From: Clostridia bacterium
Lineage (GTDB): Bacteria > Actinomycetota > Actinomycetes > Mycobacteriales > Mycobacteriaceae
Assembly (NCBI GenBank): GCA_963623015.1
Contig: CAVFKS010000002.1
Coordinates: 7 to 64,006 of the forward strand
Length of the DNA: 64,000 bases
Direction of reading: 5' to 3'
The translations under genes were made by a program, and so were the position numbers. The notes beneath the pieces are model-generated. The model was given only the letters and a program-made list of their open reading frames with translations, searched no databases and had not been told where the DNA came from. Below are positions 8,794-19,371 of this stretch, in pieces (position 1 is the stretch's first letter; each line of letters opens with the position of its first letter).

Positions 8794-11059
8794 GACCCCT
8801 TTCCCCACCACCACCATCGAGGGCTATCCCCGCATCGGCGCCAACCGCGAGCTCAAGCGCGCGCTGGAGGCCTTCTGGTCGACAAAGATCGACGAGGCCA
8901 CCTTCCGCTCCGCCACGCACTCGCTGCGCGTCGATACCTATAACCGCCTGCGCGAGCTCGGCCTGCGGGAGGACTACGCCATCCCGGCGGACGTGGCCTA
9001 CTACGACCAGGTGCTTGAGACTGCCCTGACCGTCGGCGTCCTGTCGGCGCCCAGCCTCCAGGCCGAGTTTGACCTGGCCCGGGGCACTAAGAATTCTCCG
9101 GCGTTGGAGATGACCAAGTGGTTCGACACCAACTATCACTACATCGTCCCCGAGATTCCGGATGACCCAACCTTTACGCCGGACCCGCAGCGCATCGTTA
9201 GCATCTTCACCGAGGCCAAGGAGGCCGGGCACCTCGTGCGCCCGGTCCTGGTGGGCCCGGTCACCCTGCTGGCTCTGGCTAAGCCTGCCGATGCCGCCAC
9301 CACCGCACCCCTGGAGCACCTGGACCGCCTGATCCCTGCCTACCTCGAGGTGCTCGAGGCCCTGCACGCCGCCGGCGCGGAGTGGATCCAGCTGGTCGAG
9401 CCCGCCCTTGTGGCTGATCTGACCGTGGCTGACGATGCCCAGCTGGCCCAGGCCGCAGAAACCGCTTACTCCCAGCTCCTGGCCGCCACGGCCCGCCCGC
9501 AGCTCTATGTCACCACGCCCTATGGGGCGGCCCGCGCCGGCCTGGAGGCCCTGCGCGGGGTCGACGCCCTGCACGTGGATCTGTCCGTGGGCACCCGGCA
9601 GCAAGAGCCTGATTACGTGGACCGCGTGCGCAATGCGGGGGCAAAGCACCTGGTGGCGGGCCTGATTGATGGCCGCAACATCTGGGCGGCGAACCTGCGC
9701 GAGCTGCGCGAGGTCTTTGAGGCCACCGGGGCGGGATCCGTGTCCACCTCGGTGTCGCTGCAGCACGTGCCCCACTCGGTGGCGGCGGAGACGAAGCTGC
9801 CGGTGGACGTGGCCACCTGGTTCTCGTTCGCGGATGAGAAGGTGGCCGAGGCCGTGGCGCTGGCCGCCGGCCCGCTCGATGCCCCGGAGGCCTATGCCGC
9901 CGCCGACCGCGCGGTGCGCACCCGCGCCGAGTCGGACCGCACGCATCGCCAAGCCGTGCAGGACCGCGTGGCGGCCCTGCCGGAAGGCCAGGTGCAGCGC
10001 CAGCCGCTGTTCGCACAGCGCCAGGAGGCGCAGAAGTCCTTGGGGCTGCCGTTGCTGCCCACCACCACCATCGGATCCTTCCCGCAGACTGCGGAGATCC
10101 GGGCGGCGCGGGCGGCGCACCGCAGCGGCGAGATTGACGATGCCGCGTACACGCAGGCCCTGCGCGAGGAGGTCAAGGCGGTAGTGGAGCTCCAGGAGCG
10201 ACTGGGCCTGGACGTGCTGGTTCATGGCGAGCCGGAGCGCAACGACATGGTGCAGTACTTCGCGGAGCTCCTCGACGGCTTCGTCACCACCGAAAACGGC
10301 TGGGTGCAGTCCTATGGCTCCCGCTGCACCCGCCCGCCAATCGTGGTGGGGGATATCTCCCGCCCGGCCGCGATGACGGTGGAATGGTCCACGTACGCGC
10401 AGTCGCTGACCGACAAGCCGCTCAAGGGCATGCTCACCGGCCCGGTGACCATCCTGGCCTGGTCCTTCAACCGGGATGACGTGCCGCTAAGCGTGTCCGC
10501 AGATCAGCTGGGCGTGGCGCTGGCCGACGAGGTCGCCGACCTGGAGGCCGCCGGCATCCGCATCATCCAGATCGACGAGCCCGCCCTGCGCGAGCTGCTG
10601 CCGCTGCGAGCGGAGGATCGGCCTTCCTATCTGGACTGGGCAGTGCGCGCCTTCCGGTTGGTCTCGCTCAACGCGGCGCCGGCGACCCAGATCCATACCC
10701 ACCTGTGCTACTCCGAATTTGGGCAGATCATCGATGCCGTCGCCGGCCTCGACGCCGACGTGACCTCTATTGAGGCGGCGCGCTCGCGCATGGAGCTGCT
10801 GCGCGACATCGACGAGCGCTTCCACTCGGAGCTGGGCCCGGGCATCTATGACATTCATTCGCCGCGCGTGCCGTCGGTGGCGGAGCAGGCCGAGCTCATC
10901 CGGGCCGCGCTGCGCAACTTCCCGGCTGAGCGCCTGTGGGTTAACCCGGACTGCGGGCTCAAGACCCGCGGCTACGCGGAGACCGAGGCCTCCCTGCGCA
11001 ACATGGTGCTCGCCCGCGATGAGGTGGTGGCAGGCCTGCAGGCCGAAGGCGATCGCTAA
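8786..11059 (+). CDS. metE: Cobalamin-independent methionine synthase
   Basis: GYPRIGANRELK, EMTKWFDTNYHY, HGEPERNDMVQYF, HTHLCYSEF and VNPDCGLKTR zinc ligands. Confidence 0.97.
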   Translation: MTKTPFPTTTIEGYPRIGANRELKRALEAFWSTKIDEATFRSATHSLRVDTYNRLRELGLREDYAIPADVAYYDQVLETALTVGVLSAPSLQAEFDLARGTKNSPALEMTKWFDTNYHYIVPEIPDDPTFTPDPQRIVSIFTEAKEAGHLVRPVLVGPVTLLALAKPADAATTAPLEHLDRLIPAYLEVLEALHAAGAEWIQLVEPALVADLTVADDAQLAQAAETAYSQLLAATARPQLYVTTPYGAARAGLEALRGVDALHVDLSVGTRQQEPDYVDRVRNAGAKHLVAGLIDGRNIWAANLRELREVFEATGAGSVSTSVSLQHVPHSVAAETKLPVDVATWFSFADEKVAEAVALAAGPLDAPEAYAAADRAVRTRAESDRTHRQAVQDRVAALPEGQVQRQPLFAQRQEAQKSLGLPLLPTTTIGSFPQTAEIRAARAAHRSGEIDDAAYTQALREEVKAVVELQERLGLDVLVHGEPERNDMVQYFAELLDGFVTTENGWVQSYGSRCTRPPIVVGDISRPAAMTVEWSTYAQSLTDKPLKGMLTGPVTILAWSFNRDDVPLSVSADQLGVALADEVADLEAAGIRIIQIDEPALRELLPLRAEDRPSYLDWAVRAFRLVSLNAAPATQIHTHLCYSEFGQIIDAVAGLDADVTSIEAARSRMELLRDIDERFHSELGPGIYDIHSPRVPSVAEQAELIRAALRNFPAERLWVNPDCGLKTRGYAETEASLRNMVLARDEVVAGLQAEGDR

Positions 11060-11113
11060 GGGCATGCGGGTCTAAGGCGGCGGTTGCCCCCGGAATTCTT
11101 ATAGGATGGGGGC

Positions 11114-11635
11114 ATGACTCAAAAGACCGCTACTGCAACCATGCACACCAACCACGGTGACATCGTCATTGACCTGTTTGGCAATCACGCTCCCGTCACC
11201 GTGGAAAACTTCATTGGCCTGGCCAAGGGCGACAAGGACTACTCCACCCAGAACGCCAAGGGTGAGCAGTCGGGTCCGTTCTATGACGGCGCCATCTTCC
11301 ACCGCATCATCGACGGCTTCATGATCCAGGGCGGCGACCCGACCGGCACCGGTACCGGCGGCCCGGGCTACCAGTTCCAGGACGAGTTCCACCCGGAGCT
11401 GCAGTTCGACCGCCCGTTCCTGCTGGCCATGGCTAACGCCGGCCCGGGCACCAACGGCTCCCAGTTCTTCATCACCGTGGCGCCGACCCCGCACCTGAAC
11501 AACCACCACACCATCTTCGGCGAGGTCACCGATGCCGCCTCCCAGAAGGTCGTGCAGGAGATCGCCGGCGTGCGCACCGGTTTCGCCGACCGCCCGGTCG
11601 ACGACGTGGTAATCGAATCCATCGAGATCGCCTAA
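11114..11635 (+). CDS. ppiA: Cyclophilin-type peptidyl-prolyl isomerase
   Basis: [41 protein letters not shown] -10 just before ATG suggests leaderless mRNA. Confidence 0.97.
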   Translation: MTQKTATATMHTNHGDIVIDLFGNHAPVTVENFIGLAKGDKDYSTQNAKGEQSGPFYDGAIFHRIIDGFMIQGGDPTGTGTGGPGYQFQDEFHPELQFDRPFLLAMANAGPGTNGSQFFITVAPTPHLNNHHTIFGEVTDAASQKVVQEIAGVRTGFADRPVDDVVIESIEIA

Positions 11636-11670
11636 ACCCCAACACCGCGGACACCTTGTCCGCTACAGCC

Positions 11671-11698
11671 AAAGCCCGTGCCACCTGGCACGGGCTTC
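11671..11698 (+). terminator. Terminator hairpin after ppiA
   Basis: AAGCCCGTGCCA-CC-TGGCACGGGCTT inverted repeat. Confidence 0.7.
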
Positions 11699-11900
11699 GT
11701 GCTGTTTAACCCCCTCTTGAGGCAGGCGCGCCCAGGAGCGCGGGTTGGCATTGGGGGATGCTGACCCCGACAAGATCGTAGATAAGTGAGCACAACCGTG
11801 CTCCGAACGGTCCATTGGGCTATTTCGCTAACCGTAATGCGAGTGCGTGTCGCTCCGCCACTGCCTCCTAAGGCGTGATACGGCGCCCTCAGCTGGGGAT

Positions 11901-12298
11901 TGGGGATAACCCCGGCGTGTTATCCACGCGAGCATATGTTCTAAAACTATCCACAAGAGTTATCCACATTGTGGATAACCACATTTTTGTAATTTCCCGA
12001 ACGTCTTTGCGGAGTTTTCCCTGATCAGCGAGGTAGAGGCGGCGGAATCACAAGAATCTTGTGGCTGTGGAACGGTGAAAAACAGTTATCCACAGGGTGT
12101 GGACAAGCCTGTAGAATTCGATAATTCACAATTTTATCCCCAGCCTGTGGATAACTTTGTTCGCAGCCTGTGTCAAGATCGTCCAGGAAGCTCAGTCCAC
12201 TTGTGGAATCTACGTGGAATTCTTGTGAAAACCCCAGCTCAAGGCCTGTGGGCAAAAAGAATGGGCCTGTGGATAACGTGCCGCAAAAGTTGTGCACA
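11901..12298. promoter_or_regulatory. DnaA-box cluster (at least 12 boxes)
   Basis: Perfect TT(A/G)TCCACA on either strand at 11960, 11970, 12086, 12098, 12146, 12268; one-mismatch boxes at 11901, 11920, 11947, 12134, 12247, 12290. Confidence 0.9.
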
Positions 12299-12474
12299 GG
12301 CCTCATTATCAGACGCGAAAGTGGATCCATCCAGGGATAACGAAGCTGCGTGGGTGGAGAGCCTCGACGGCTACGGCCTCGAAAACAAGAAGGGTTTTAT
12401 CGCCGCTGGGCGACAGCCTGAGGGGGTCAGGCCCGGCCGAAGGCGTTGATCTTCTCCCAAAGAGATAGACAGGA

Positions 12475-12934
12475 TTGATTTCTATTCTTAAAGCAGCAGT
12501 TGCAGGAGTTTTAGGAGGCGCGGTAGCTATCGCTGGAGCGCCGTCCTACGCCATGGCGGCGACTGAGACGACTTCTGATCAGGCGAATAACAGTAGGACT
12601 GAGATTCAGATTCTTGAGCTAACTGCCGATAGCGCAAAGCTGAAGGTTAAAGACGGAACGCCGTGTTGCTTCCTGATGGCTCTATCTCCAATATTGGTTA
12701 CGTCGCTGATGGCGATGAGATTGATGCAACCCTTTCCGTTCCGGTTGTTGCCGGAGAAAGTGAGCCAGTTGCTGATCAGGGCTGGGGCGACTGTGCTTTC
12801 GGTACGATTGGTACCATTACTGCCATTGGCTGATTCCAGTGACGGGTGGAGCAAGTGCAGTTATCCTTCCCGTATTGGGTGCAGGAGCTGCTGCAAGAGG
12901 CACTAATTATTGCGTTAGTGTCGCTAAGGGGTAA
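12475..12934 (+). pseudogene. Frameshifted secreted bacteriocin-like preproprotein
   Basis: Signal peptide in frame 1; shift near 12660 gives VLLPDGSIS...WGDCAFGTIGTITAIG; shift near 12830 gives LIPVTGGASAVILPVLGAGAAARGTNYCVSVAKG-stop; low GC. Confidence 0.55.
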
Positions 12935-13001
12935 CTCTATACCTCGGTAATGTGGAGCTAGAGTGCTGACCTGGGTTTACATGTAGGAGGACTGAGAAGA
13001 T

Positions 13002-13214
13002 ATGTCTAATGGGAAAACTCAGCAAGTACGAATGGCATTTTCTATCGCATGCTTGGTTTTGATCTCCATTTCGGTCGGGGGGATTGCAGGAACCGGAAAC
13101 CAGGCAATGTCGATTTTGTTCGCTGGGGTTTGGCTACTTGTGGCTCCTGTGCTTATCAAGCAGATCTACGACATTAAGAAAGCTGAAGAGGAGAGCGGTA
13201 AGTCGAATGCCTAG
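13002..13214 (+). CDS. Small two-TM protein (candidate immunity protein)
   Basis: GGAGG RBS, two hydrophobic helices, charged tail, low GC, directly after the bacteriocin-like pseudogene. Confidence 0.6.
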   Translation: MSNGKTQQVRMAFSIACLVLISISVGGIAGTGNQAMSILFAGVWLLVAPVLIKQIYDIKKAEEESGKSNA

Positions 13215-13350
13215 AGGTTGACCGCGACTGTTTCAAAGCTGTCACGAAGGGAACCGCTGATTCCTCCAACCTGGACAGTGACCTTTCCCAAGCCGCCAGC
13301 GCAATGGTCGCCAACTCCATCAACTGCCTAACCGCTGACTTCCGCTAAAG

Positions 13351-13385
13351 ATGTGCCCCGGAACAATAGTCGTTCCGGGGCACAT
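13351..13385. terminator. Bidirectional terminator hairpin
   Basis: ATGTGCCCCGGAAC-N7-GTTCCGGGGCACAT, perfect 14-bp stem. Confidence 0.75.
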
Positions 13386-13401
13386 TTTGGGTAGGGAAGT
13401 A

Positions 13402-13725
13402 CTAGCTGGAGGGTAGAGCCTCGTCGAGAATGCGGCGCATTGCGTTGCTGGTGGAGAGGTTGTTTCGTGTCTTGAAAAGGGTGAACCTGCGGGACAGGTC
13501 GGAAGACACCCTGACCTGGAGGGTGGTGGACGGCTCGCCGGAGGAGGACTCGTCGCCATCGTTGAGGCCTGGGCGGCCTACGCGGCGGATAAGGCGTTGT
13601 GCCTTAGCTAGGTTCGAGTCCTCATTGAGATTGTCAGCGGGTTCGGTATTGTTGCTGGCGGACAGGCCGTCTGAGCTTTCGGCCCAAGAGGCGAGCTTGT
13701 CATAATCAACATGGTCGTGTGGCAT
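13402..13725 (-). CDS. Putative antitoxin with C-terminal RHH (BrnA/CopG-like)
   Basis: DYDKLASWAE N-terminus, GRP motif, then TTLQVRVSSDL...STSNAMRRILDEAL RHH. Confidence 0.7.
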   Translation of the reverse strand: MPHDHVDYDKLASWAESSDGLSASNNTEPADNLNEDSNLAKAQRLIRRVGRPGLNDGDESSSGEPSTTLQVRVSSDLSRRFTLFKTRNNLSTSNAMRRILDEALPSS

Positions 13726-13780
13726 TGTTTGATCCTCGGTTCTTTGGGGTCGGTTTGCGTGAGGGTTCGTTGGTGGGGGA

Positions 13781-13940
13781 TTAAATTGCCTCGATAGCTG
13801 CGCATTTGTTTCGTGGTCGCGCTTCCATGCAATGGAATATAACGACCGATTCTTCTGTCAGGTGGTACATCACCTCCAATTCTTTTCCGGCTTTGCCTGG
13901 CCCTGCCGGGCCAGAGAGTGTCTGATGGTTTGTGTGTGGG
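13781..13940 (-). pseudogene. 3' remnant of a RelE/BrnT-like toxin gene
   Basis: SGPAGPGKAGKELEVMYHLTEESVVIFHCMEARP resembles the C-terminal GP..G..LEV....VIFHAM..R pattern of actinobacterial toxins; N-terminus not recognisable. Confidence 0.5.
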
Positions 13941-14084
13941 TTCCCAACCTGCATGAGGCGATGGACCAGGATGACTACTGTGGCACGACGATTGAAGCCG
14001 ATAATGCTAGCTGATCTATGGCCCGGGCTCGTGCGCCACGATGGGGCGGTCAGCAAGCTGAACTAAGAGAACTTAGTGCATGTA

Positions 14085-14140
14085 AAAAGCTCCCCGCCAG
14101 TCGGTGACTGAATTCTCAGTTCACCGACTAGGCGGGGAGC
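14085..14140 (-). terminator. Long terminator hairpin downstream of crgA
   Basis: GCTCCCCGCC-AGTCGGTGA-CTGA / TCAG-TCACCGACT-GGCGGGGAGC stem followed by TTTTT on the minus strand. Confidence 0.8.
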
Positions 14141-14171
14141 AGTTAAAGCCGTGGGGCTTTTTAGGGGCGCT

Positions 14172-14441
14172 CTAGCGCCAGCCCATGGTCATCAGCAGGC
14201 CGATGATGGCCAGGCCGAAGCCGATGCCGTAGTTCCAGGGGCCGAGGGCGGCCATGAAGGAGATGTCCTCGCCGGCCAGGTAGTTGACCACGATCCAGGC
14301 CAGGCCGAGCAGCATCAGGCCCAGCATGATGGCGATGTACCACTTCGGGGTGCCCTCAGTATTGATCTTGACGGGGGTGCGATTAGCCGCGGTGCTGGTG
14401 ACCTGCGGCGTCGAGCTCTTGGTGACCTTTGACTTAGGCAT
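14172..14441 (-). CDS. crgA: Cell division membrane protein CrgA
   Basis: [35 protein letters not shown]. Confidence 0.96.
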   Translation of the reverse strand: MPKSKVTKSSTPQVTSTAANRTPVKINTEGTPKWYIAIMLGLMLLGLAWIVVNYLAGEDISFMAALGPWNYGIGFGLAIIGLLMTMGWR

Positions 14442-14522
14442 TGTCTACCTTCACTTTGACTAGTCGAATTGTTGAAAATCTTTTAGTTACTGCTGCGATT
14501 GTACTGCACCGGGCCACGAGGC

Positions 14523-16490
14523 CTAACCGGTGAGCGAATCAATCGCGTTGTTGAGGTCCCGGTTGAGGCCGTCCAAGGAGATGAGCTTCCAATACCGGAT
14601 CTCGATGTCCTGATCCTTGCGGATCTCCTGGCCAGCCTGGATGTTGCTCCAGCCGATCTTGCCGGCATCGGTGGGGATGCGGGTGTCGATGGTATCGCCC
14701 ACCTTGAAAGAGCCGGTCCAGCCGCGGTTAGTCAGCGAGCGCTGGGCCTGGTTCTCCGTCAGGCGCAGCAGGTCGGGGGCCTGGATCAGCATGCCGTTGG
14801 AGACCTCCAGGGTGATGGTCTCGCCCTTGGCCAGCCCGCCGCCGCGGCCCGGCATCGACAGCACTCGGCCCTCCTCCTCCGAGGAGTCGACGAGGTTCAT
14901 CGAGACCTTGAAGCCGGCGGATTCCAGCGCCTGCTTGGCGTTGTCATAGTCCATGCCGGTCACGTCCGGGAGGCGGACTAATTCCTTGCCACTGGAGACG
15001 GTGACGCGGACCTTGGAACCCTTCGACAGCTGCGAGCCCGCGGCCGGGGACTGGCTGAGGATCTCATTGGCGGGGACCTCCGGATCGGACTCTTCCTTGA
15101 TGTCCTCGTCCAGCTCCAGGCCGGCCTCCTTGAGCTCCTCTTCGGCCTCCTCCAGCGTCATGCCCTCGATGTCGGGGACGTCGGCGATCTCCTTGCCGGA
15201 AGACACCGTCAGGCTCACCGTGGAATTCTTCTGCAGCTGCGAGCCAGCCGAAGGATTGATGCGAATGGCGCGGTCGCGGGCGATGTCCGGGTTGGGCTCC
15301 AGGTTGACCTGGACCAGAAGGCCCAGCTCCTCGAGCTCCTTCTGGACCTCGGCGCGCGGCCGGTTTTCTACCTCCGGCAACGTCACCATATTGCGCTGGG
15401 CCTCCAGCTGCTCCTGGCGTTCGACTTCCTGGGCGCGCAGGGCGCGGGTGTTCTGGTAGAAGTCCCAGCCAAAGTAGCCCAAGATCGCCACCAAGAGCGC
15501 TGCCAGGGCGGCCGCGAGCCACTTGAGCCCGCTCCCGGACTGGCTCTCACCGGGCCCCGGGCGGGTCGAAGCCACCGGGGCGCGCTGGATCGTGGTGGTC
15601 GGGTTTTCCTCGCTATTGACGTGGGCGCGGGCGGCGGTGGTGATGTTGCCCATCTCCAGCCGCTCCAAGTCATCGCCCATCTCCCACGCGGACTGGTAGC
15701 GATCCGCCGGGTGCTTGGCCATCGCGGTGAGTACTACCGCATCAATGTTGACCTTTTGCGTGGGAGACAGCCCCTCCGTGTAATCGGACGGCGGGATCGG
15801 CTCTTCCTGGACATGCTGATAGGCCACCGCAAACGGGGTCTCGCCCTCGAAGGGGGTGCGGCCTGCTACGCACTCGTAGAGCACGCAGCCCAGTGCGTAG
15901 ACGTCCGAGCGAGCATCGGCAGTCTTGCCCCGGGCCTGCTCCGGTGAGAGGTACTGGGCGGTGCCGATGACGGCAGAGGTCTGCGTCATGGCCGAGGTGG
16001 AATCGTCCAGCGCGCGGGCGATGCCGAAATCCATGACCTTGACCTGCCCGGTGTTGGTCAGCATGATATTCGCCGGCTTGACGTCGCGGTGGATGATCCC
16101 GGCCTCGTGCGAGGCCTGCAGGGCCTCGGCCACCGGGCGCAGGATCCGCGCGGCCTCCTCCGGAGACATCTGGCCGTCCTCGCGGATGATGTCGCGCAAA
16201 GTCCGGCCATGGATGCGCTCCATCACGATGTAGGGGATGGTCAGCCCCTCATCCTCGGTCTCGCCCGTGTCATAGACGGCGACGATGTTGGGGTGGTTGA
16301 GCTTGCCGGAGTTCTGGGCCTCCCGGCGGAAGCGCTCGCGGAAGTTGATGTCGCGGGCCATCTCGGGCCGGAGCATCTTGATCGCGACGTCGCGGCCTAG
16401 GCTCGTGTCCTCGGCGGCATAGACCTCGGACATTCCGCCGGAGCCGATGACCTCGCCGAGCGTATATCGGTCGCTAAGCATTGCTGGCAA
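14523..16490 (-). CDS. pknB: Ser/Thr protein kinase with four PASTA domains
   Basis: GSGGMSEV, HRDVKPAN, DFGIARA, TM, four PASTA repeats. Confidence 0.97.
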   Translation of the reverse strand: MPAMLSDRYTLGEVIGSGGMSEVYAAEDTSLGRDVAIKMLRPEMARDINFRERFRREAQNSGKLNHPNIVAVYDTGETEDEGLTIPYIVMERIHGRTLRDIIREDGQMSPEEAARILRPVAEALQASHEAGIIHRDVKPANIMLTNTGQVKVMDFGIARALDDSTSAMTQTSAVIGTAQYLSPEQARGKTADARSDVYALGCVLYECVAGRTPFEGETPFAVAYQHVQEEPIPPSDYTEGLSPTQKVNIDAVVLTAMAKHPADRYQSAWEMGDDLERLEMGNITTAARAHVNSEENPTTTIQRAPVASTRPGPGESQSGSGLKWLAAALAALLVAILGYFGWDFYQNTRALRAQEVERQEQLEAQRNMVTLPEVENRPRAEVQKELEELGLLVQVNLEPNPDIARDRAIRINPSAGSQLQKNSTVSLTVSSGKEIADVPDIEGMTLEEAEEELKEAGLELDEDIKEESDPEVPANEILSQSPAAGSQLSKGSKVRVTVSSGKELVRLPDVTGMDYDNAKQALESAGFKVSMNLVDSSEEEGRVLSMPGRGGGLAKGETITLEVSNGMLIQAPDLLRLTENQAQRSLTNRGWTGSFKVGDTIDTRIPTDAGKIGWSNIQAGQEIRKDQDIEIRYWKLISLDGLNRDLNNAIDSLTG

Positions 16491-16499
16491 AAACCTTCC

Positions 16500-17921
<1,422 letters not shown>

Positions 17922-17928
17922 AGAAGTA

Positions 17929-19371
17929 TTACTGCCCTTCCTGTGCGGGCGGGTTGTATGCGCGCAGGATCGTGCGCCCGATGGGGGAGGAGACCTGGCC
18001 GCCGGTGGCGCCCTGGCCCAAGTGTCCGCCGTTTTTGACCACGACGGCCACGGCGATGTCCTTGGCCGGATCGTAGGCCACGTACCAGACGTGGGGGTCG
18101 AGCCCCTCGCCGTGCTCGGCGGTGCCGGTCTTGGAGGCAAAGCCGTTGCCGTCGTAGCCGAAGGTGGCCCGTTCGGAGGCGAACATGAGGTTCTGCAGGG
18201 TCTCCGCGGTGGGTTCGTCGATGGCCCGGGCGGCCTCGCGCGGGGTGGTGGTGCGGACCTCCTCCATCTGGGAGTCGGTGATCTTATTGACCAGGTACGG
18301 GGTCATGCGCACCCCCTTGTTGGCCACGGTGGCGGCCATGACGGCGGCCTGGAGGGCGGACATGGTCACATCGCGCTGGCCGATGGCGGACTGAGCGACC
18401 TGGGCGCCATCGGAAAGCTCACCGAGGTTGCCCGGGGAGGTGGGAACACCGAGGTCATAGGTCTCGCCCACGCCGAAGGCCTCGGAGTACTTGCGCAGCT
18501 CGTCGGCGCCAATCTGGTTGGCCATCTCCACGAAGGCGGTGTTGCACGACAGGGCGAAGGCCGTGGTCAGGGTGACCGCGGTGGACCCGCCACAGGTCTG
18601 ATTGCCGTAGTTGGTCAGCTCGGTCACCGAGTCCGGCAGGGTGATGGACGCCTGGCCGGTCAGCGTCGAATCCGGGGCGAACCCGTTGTTGAGGCCGGCG
18701 GCGGCGGTGATGATCTTGAAGATCGAGCCCGGCGGCAGGGTGTCCTGCGTGGGGTGGTTGATAAGCGGGGCGCCCTCCTGATTCTGCAGGCCCGCCCACA
18801 CTTCCTCGGCATTGGGGCCCACGACCTCGGATGCGGAGTAGCTGGGCGTCGAGGCCAGGGCCAGGATCTTGCCGGTGGACGGCTGGATCGCCACGGCGGA
18901 GCCCTCGTAACCGGGGCCAGCTAGGGCATCGTAAGCCACCTGCTGCAGGCCCGGATCGATGGTGACCTCCACGTTGGCGCCGGGCAGCTGCTTGCCGGAC
19001 AAGGCGTCGAGCCAGTGCTGGGCCACCAGTGCCTCGGCGGTGCCGTTGAGGACGTCGTTATAGGAAGACTCGATGCCGGCCGCACCGAACTGCTGGGACA
19101 GGTAGCCGGTCACGTTGGAAAAGGCCGGCGAGGCCTCCGGGTAGGTGCGCGTGTACGTGCCCTCTCCGTCGGAAACCGACTGGGCGAGCACCGTGGTGCC
19201 GGCATAGATCTGGCCGCGGGCAATGGACTGGGTCTCATAGATCCCGCGCAGGTTGCGGGGGTTCTTGGCGTACTTCTCGTCGGAGAAGGCCTGGATCACG
19301 GTCAGGTTAACAAGCAGCACGCAGACAAGCAGCAGCGAAAAGAGCGCGGTCCAGCGGATGGATTTATTCAT
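17929..19371 (-). CDS. pbpA: Class B penicillin-binding protein
   Basis: PGSIFK (SxxK), SCN, KTGTAE. Confidence 0.96.
   Translation of the reverse strand: MNKSIRWTALFSLLLVCVLLVNLTVIQAFSDEKYAKNPRNLRGIYETQSIARGQIYAGTTVLAQSVSDGEGTYTRTYPEASPAFSNVTGYLSQQFGAAGIESSYNDVLNGTAEALVAQHWLDALSGKQLPGANVEVTIDPGLQQVAYDALAGPGYEGSAVAIQPSTGKILALASTPSYSASEVVGPNAEEVWAGLQNQEGAPLINHPTQDTLPPGSIFKIITAAAGLNNGFAPDSTLTGQASITLPDSVTELTNYGNQTCGGSTAVTLTTAFALSCNTAFVEMANQIGADELRKYSEAFGVGETYDLGVPTSPGNLGELSDGAQVAQSAIGQRDVTMSALQAAVMAATVANKGVRMTPYLVNKITDSQMEEVRTTTPREAARAIDEPTAETLQNLMFASERATFGYDGNGFASKTGTAEHGEGLDPHVWYVAYDPAKDIAVAVVVKNGGHLGQGATGGQVSSPIGRTILRAYNPPAQEGQ

Noticed and set aside
12025..12449. ORFs 12075..12449 (+) and 12025..12330 (-)
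   Set aside because: Their YPQ/VDN/VDK repeats are just translated DnaA boxes; region read as non-coding
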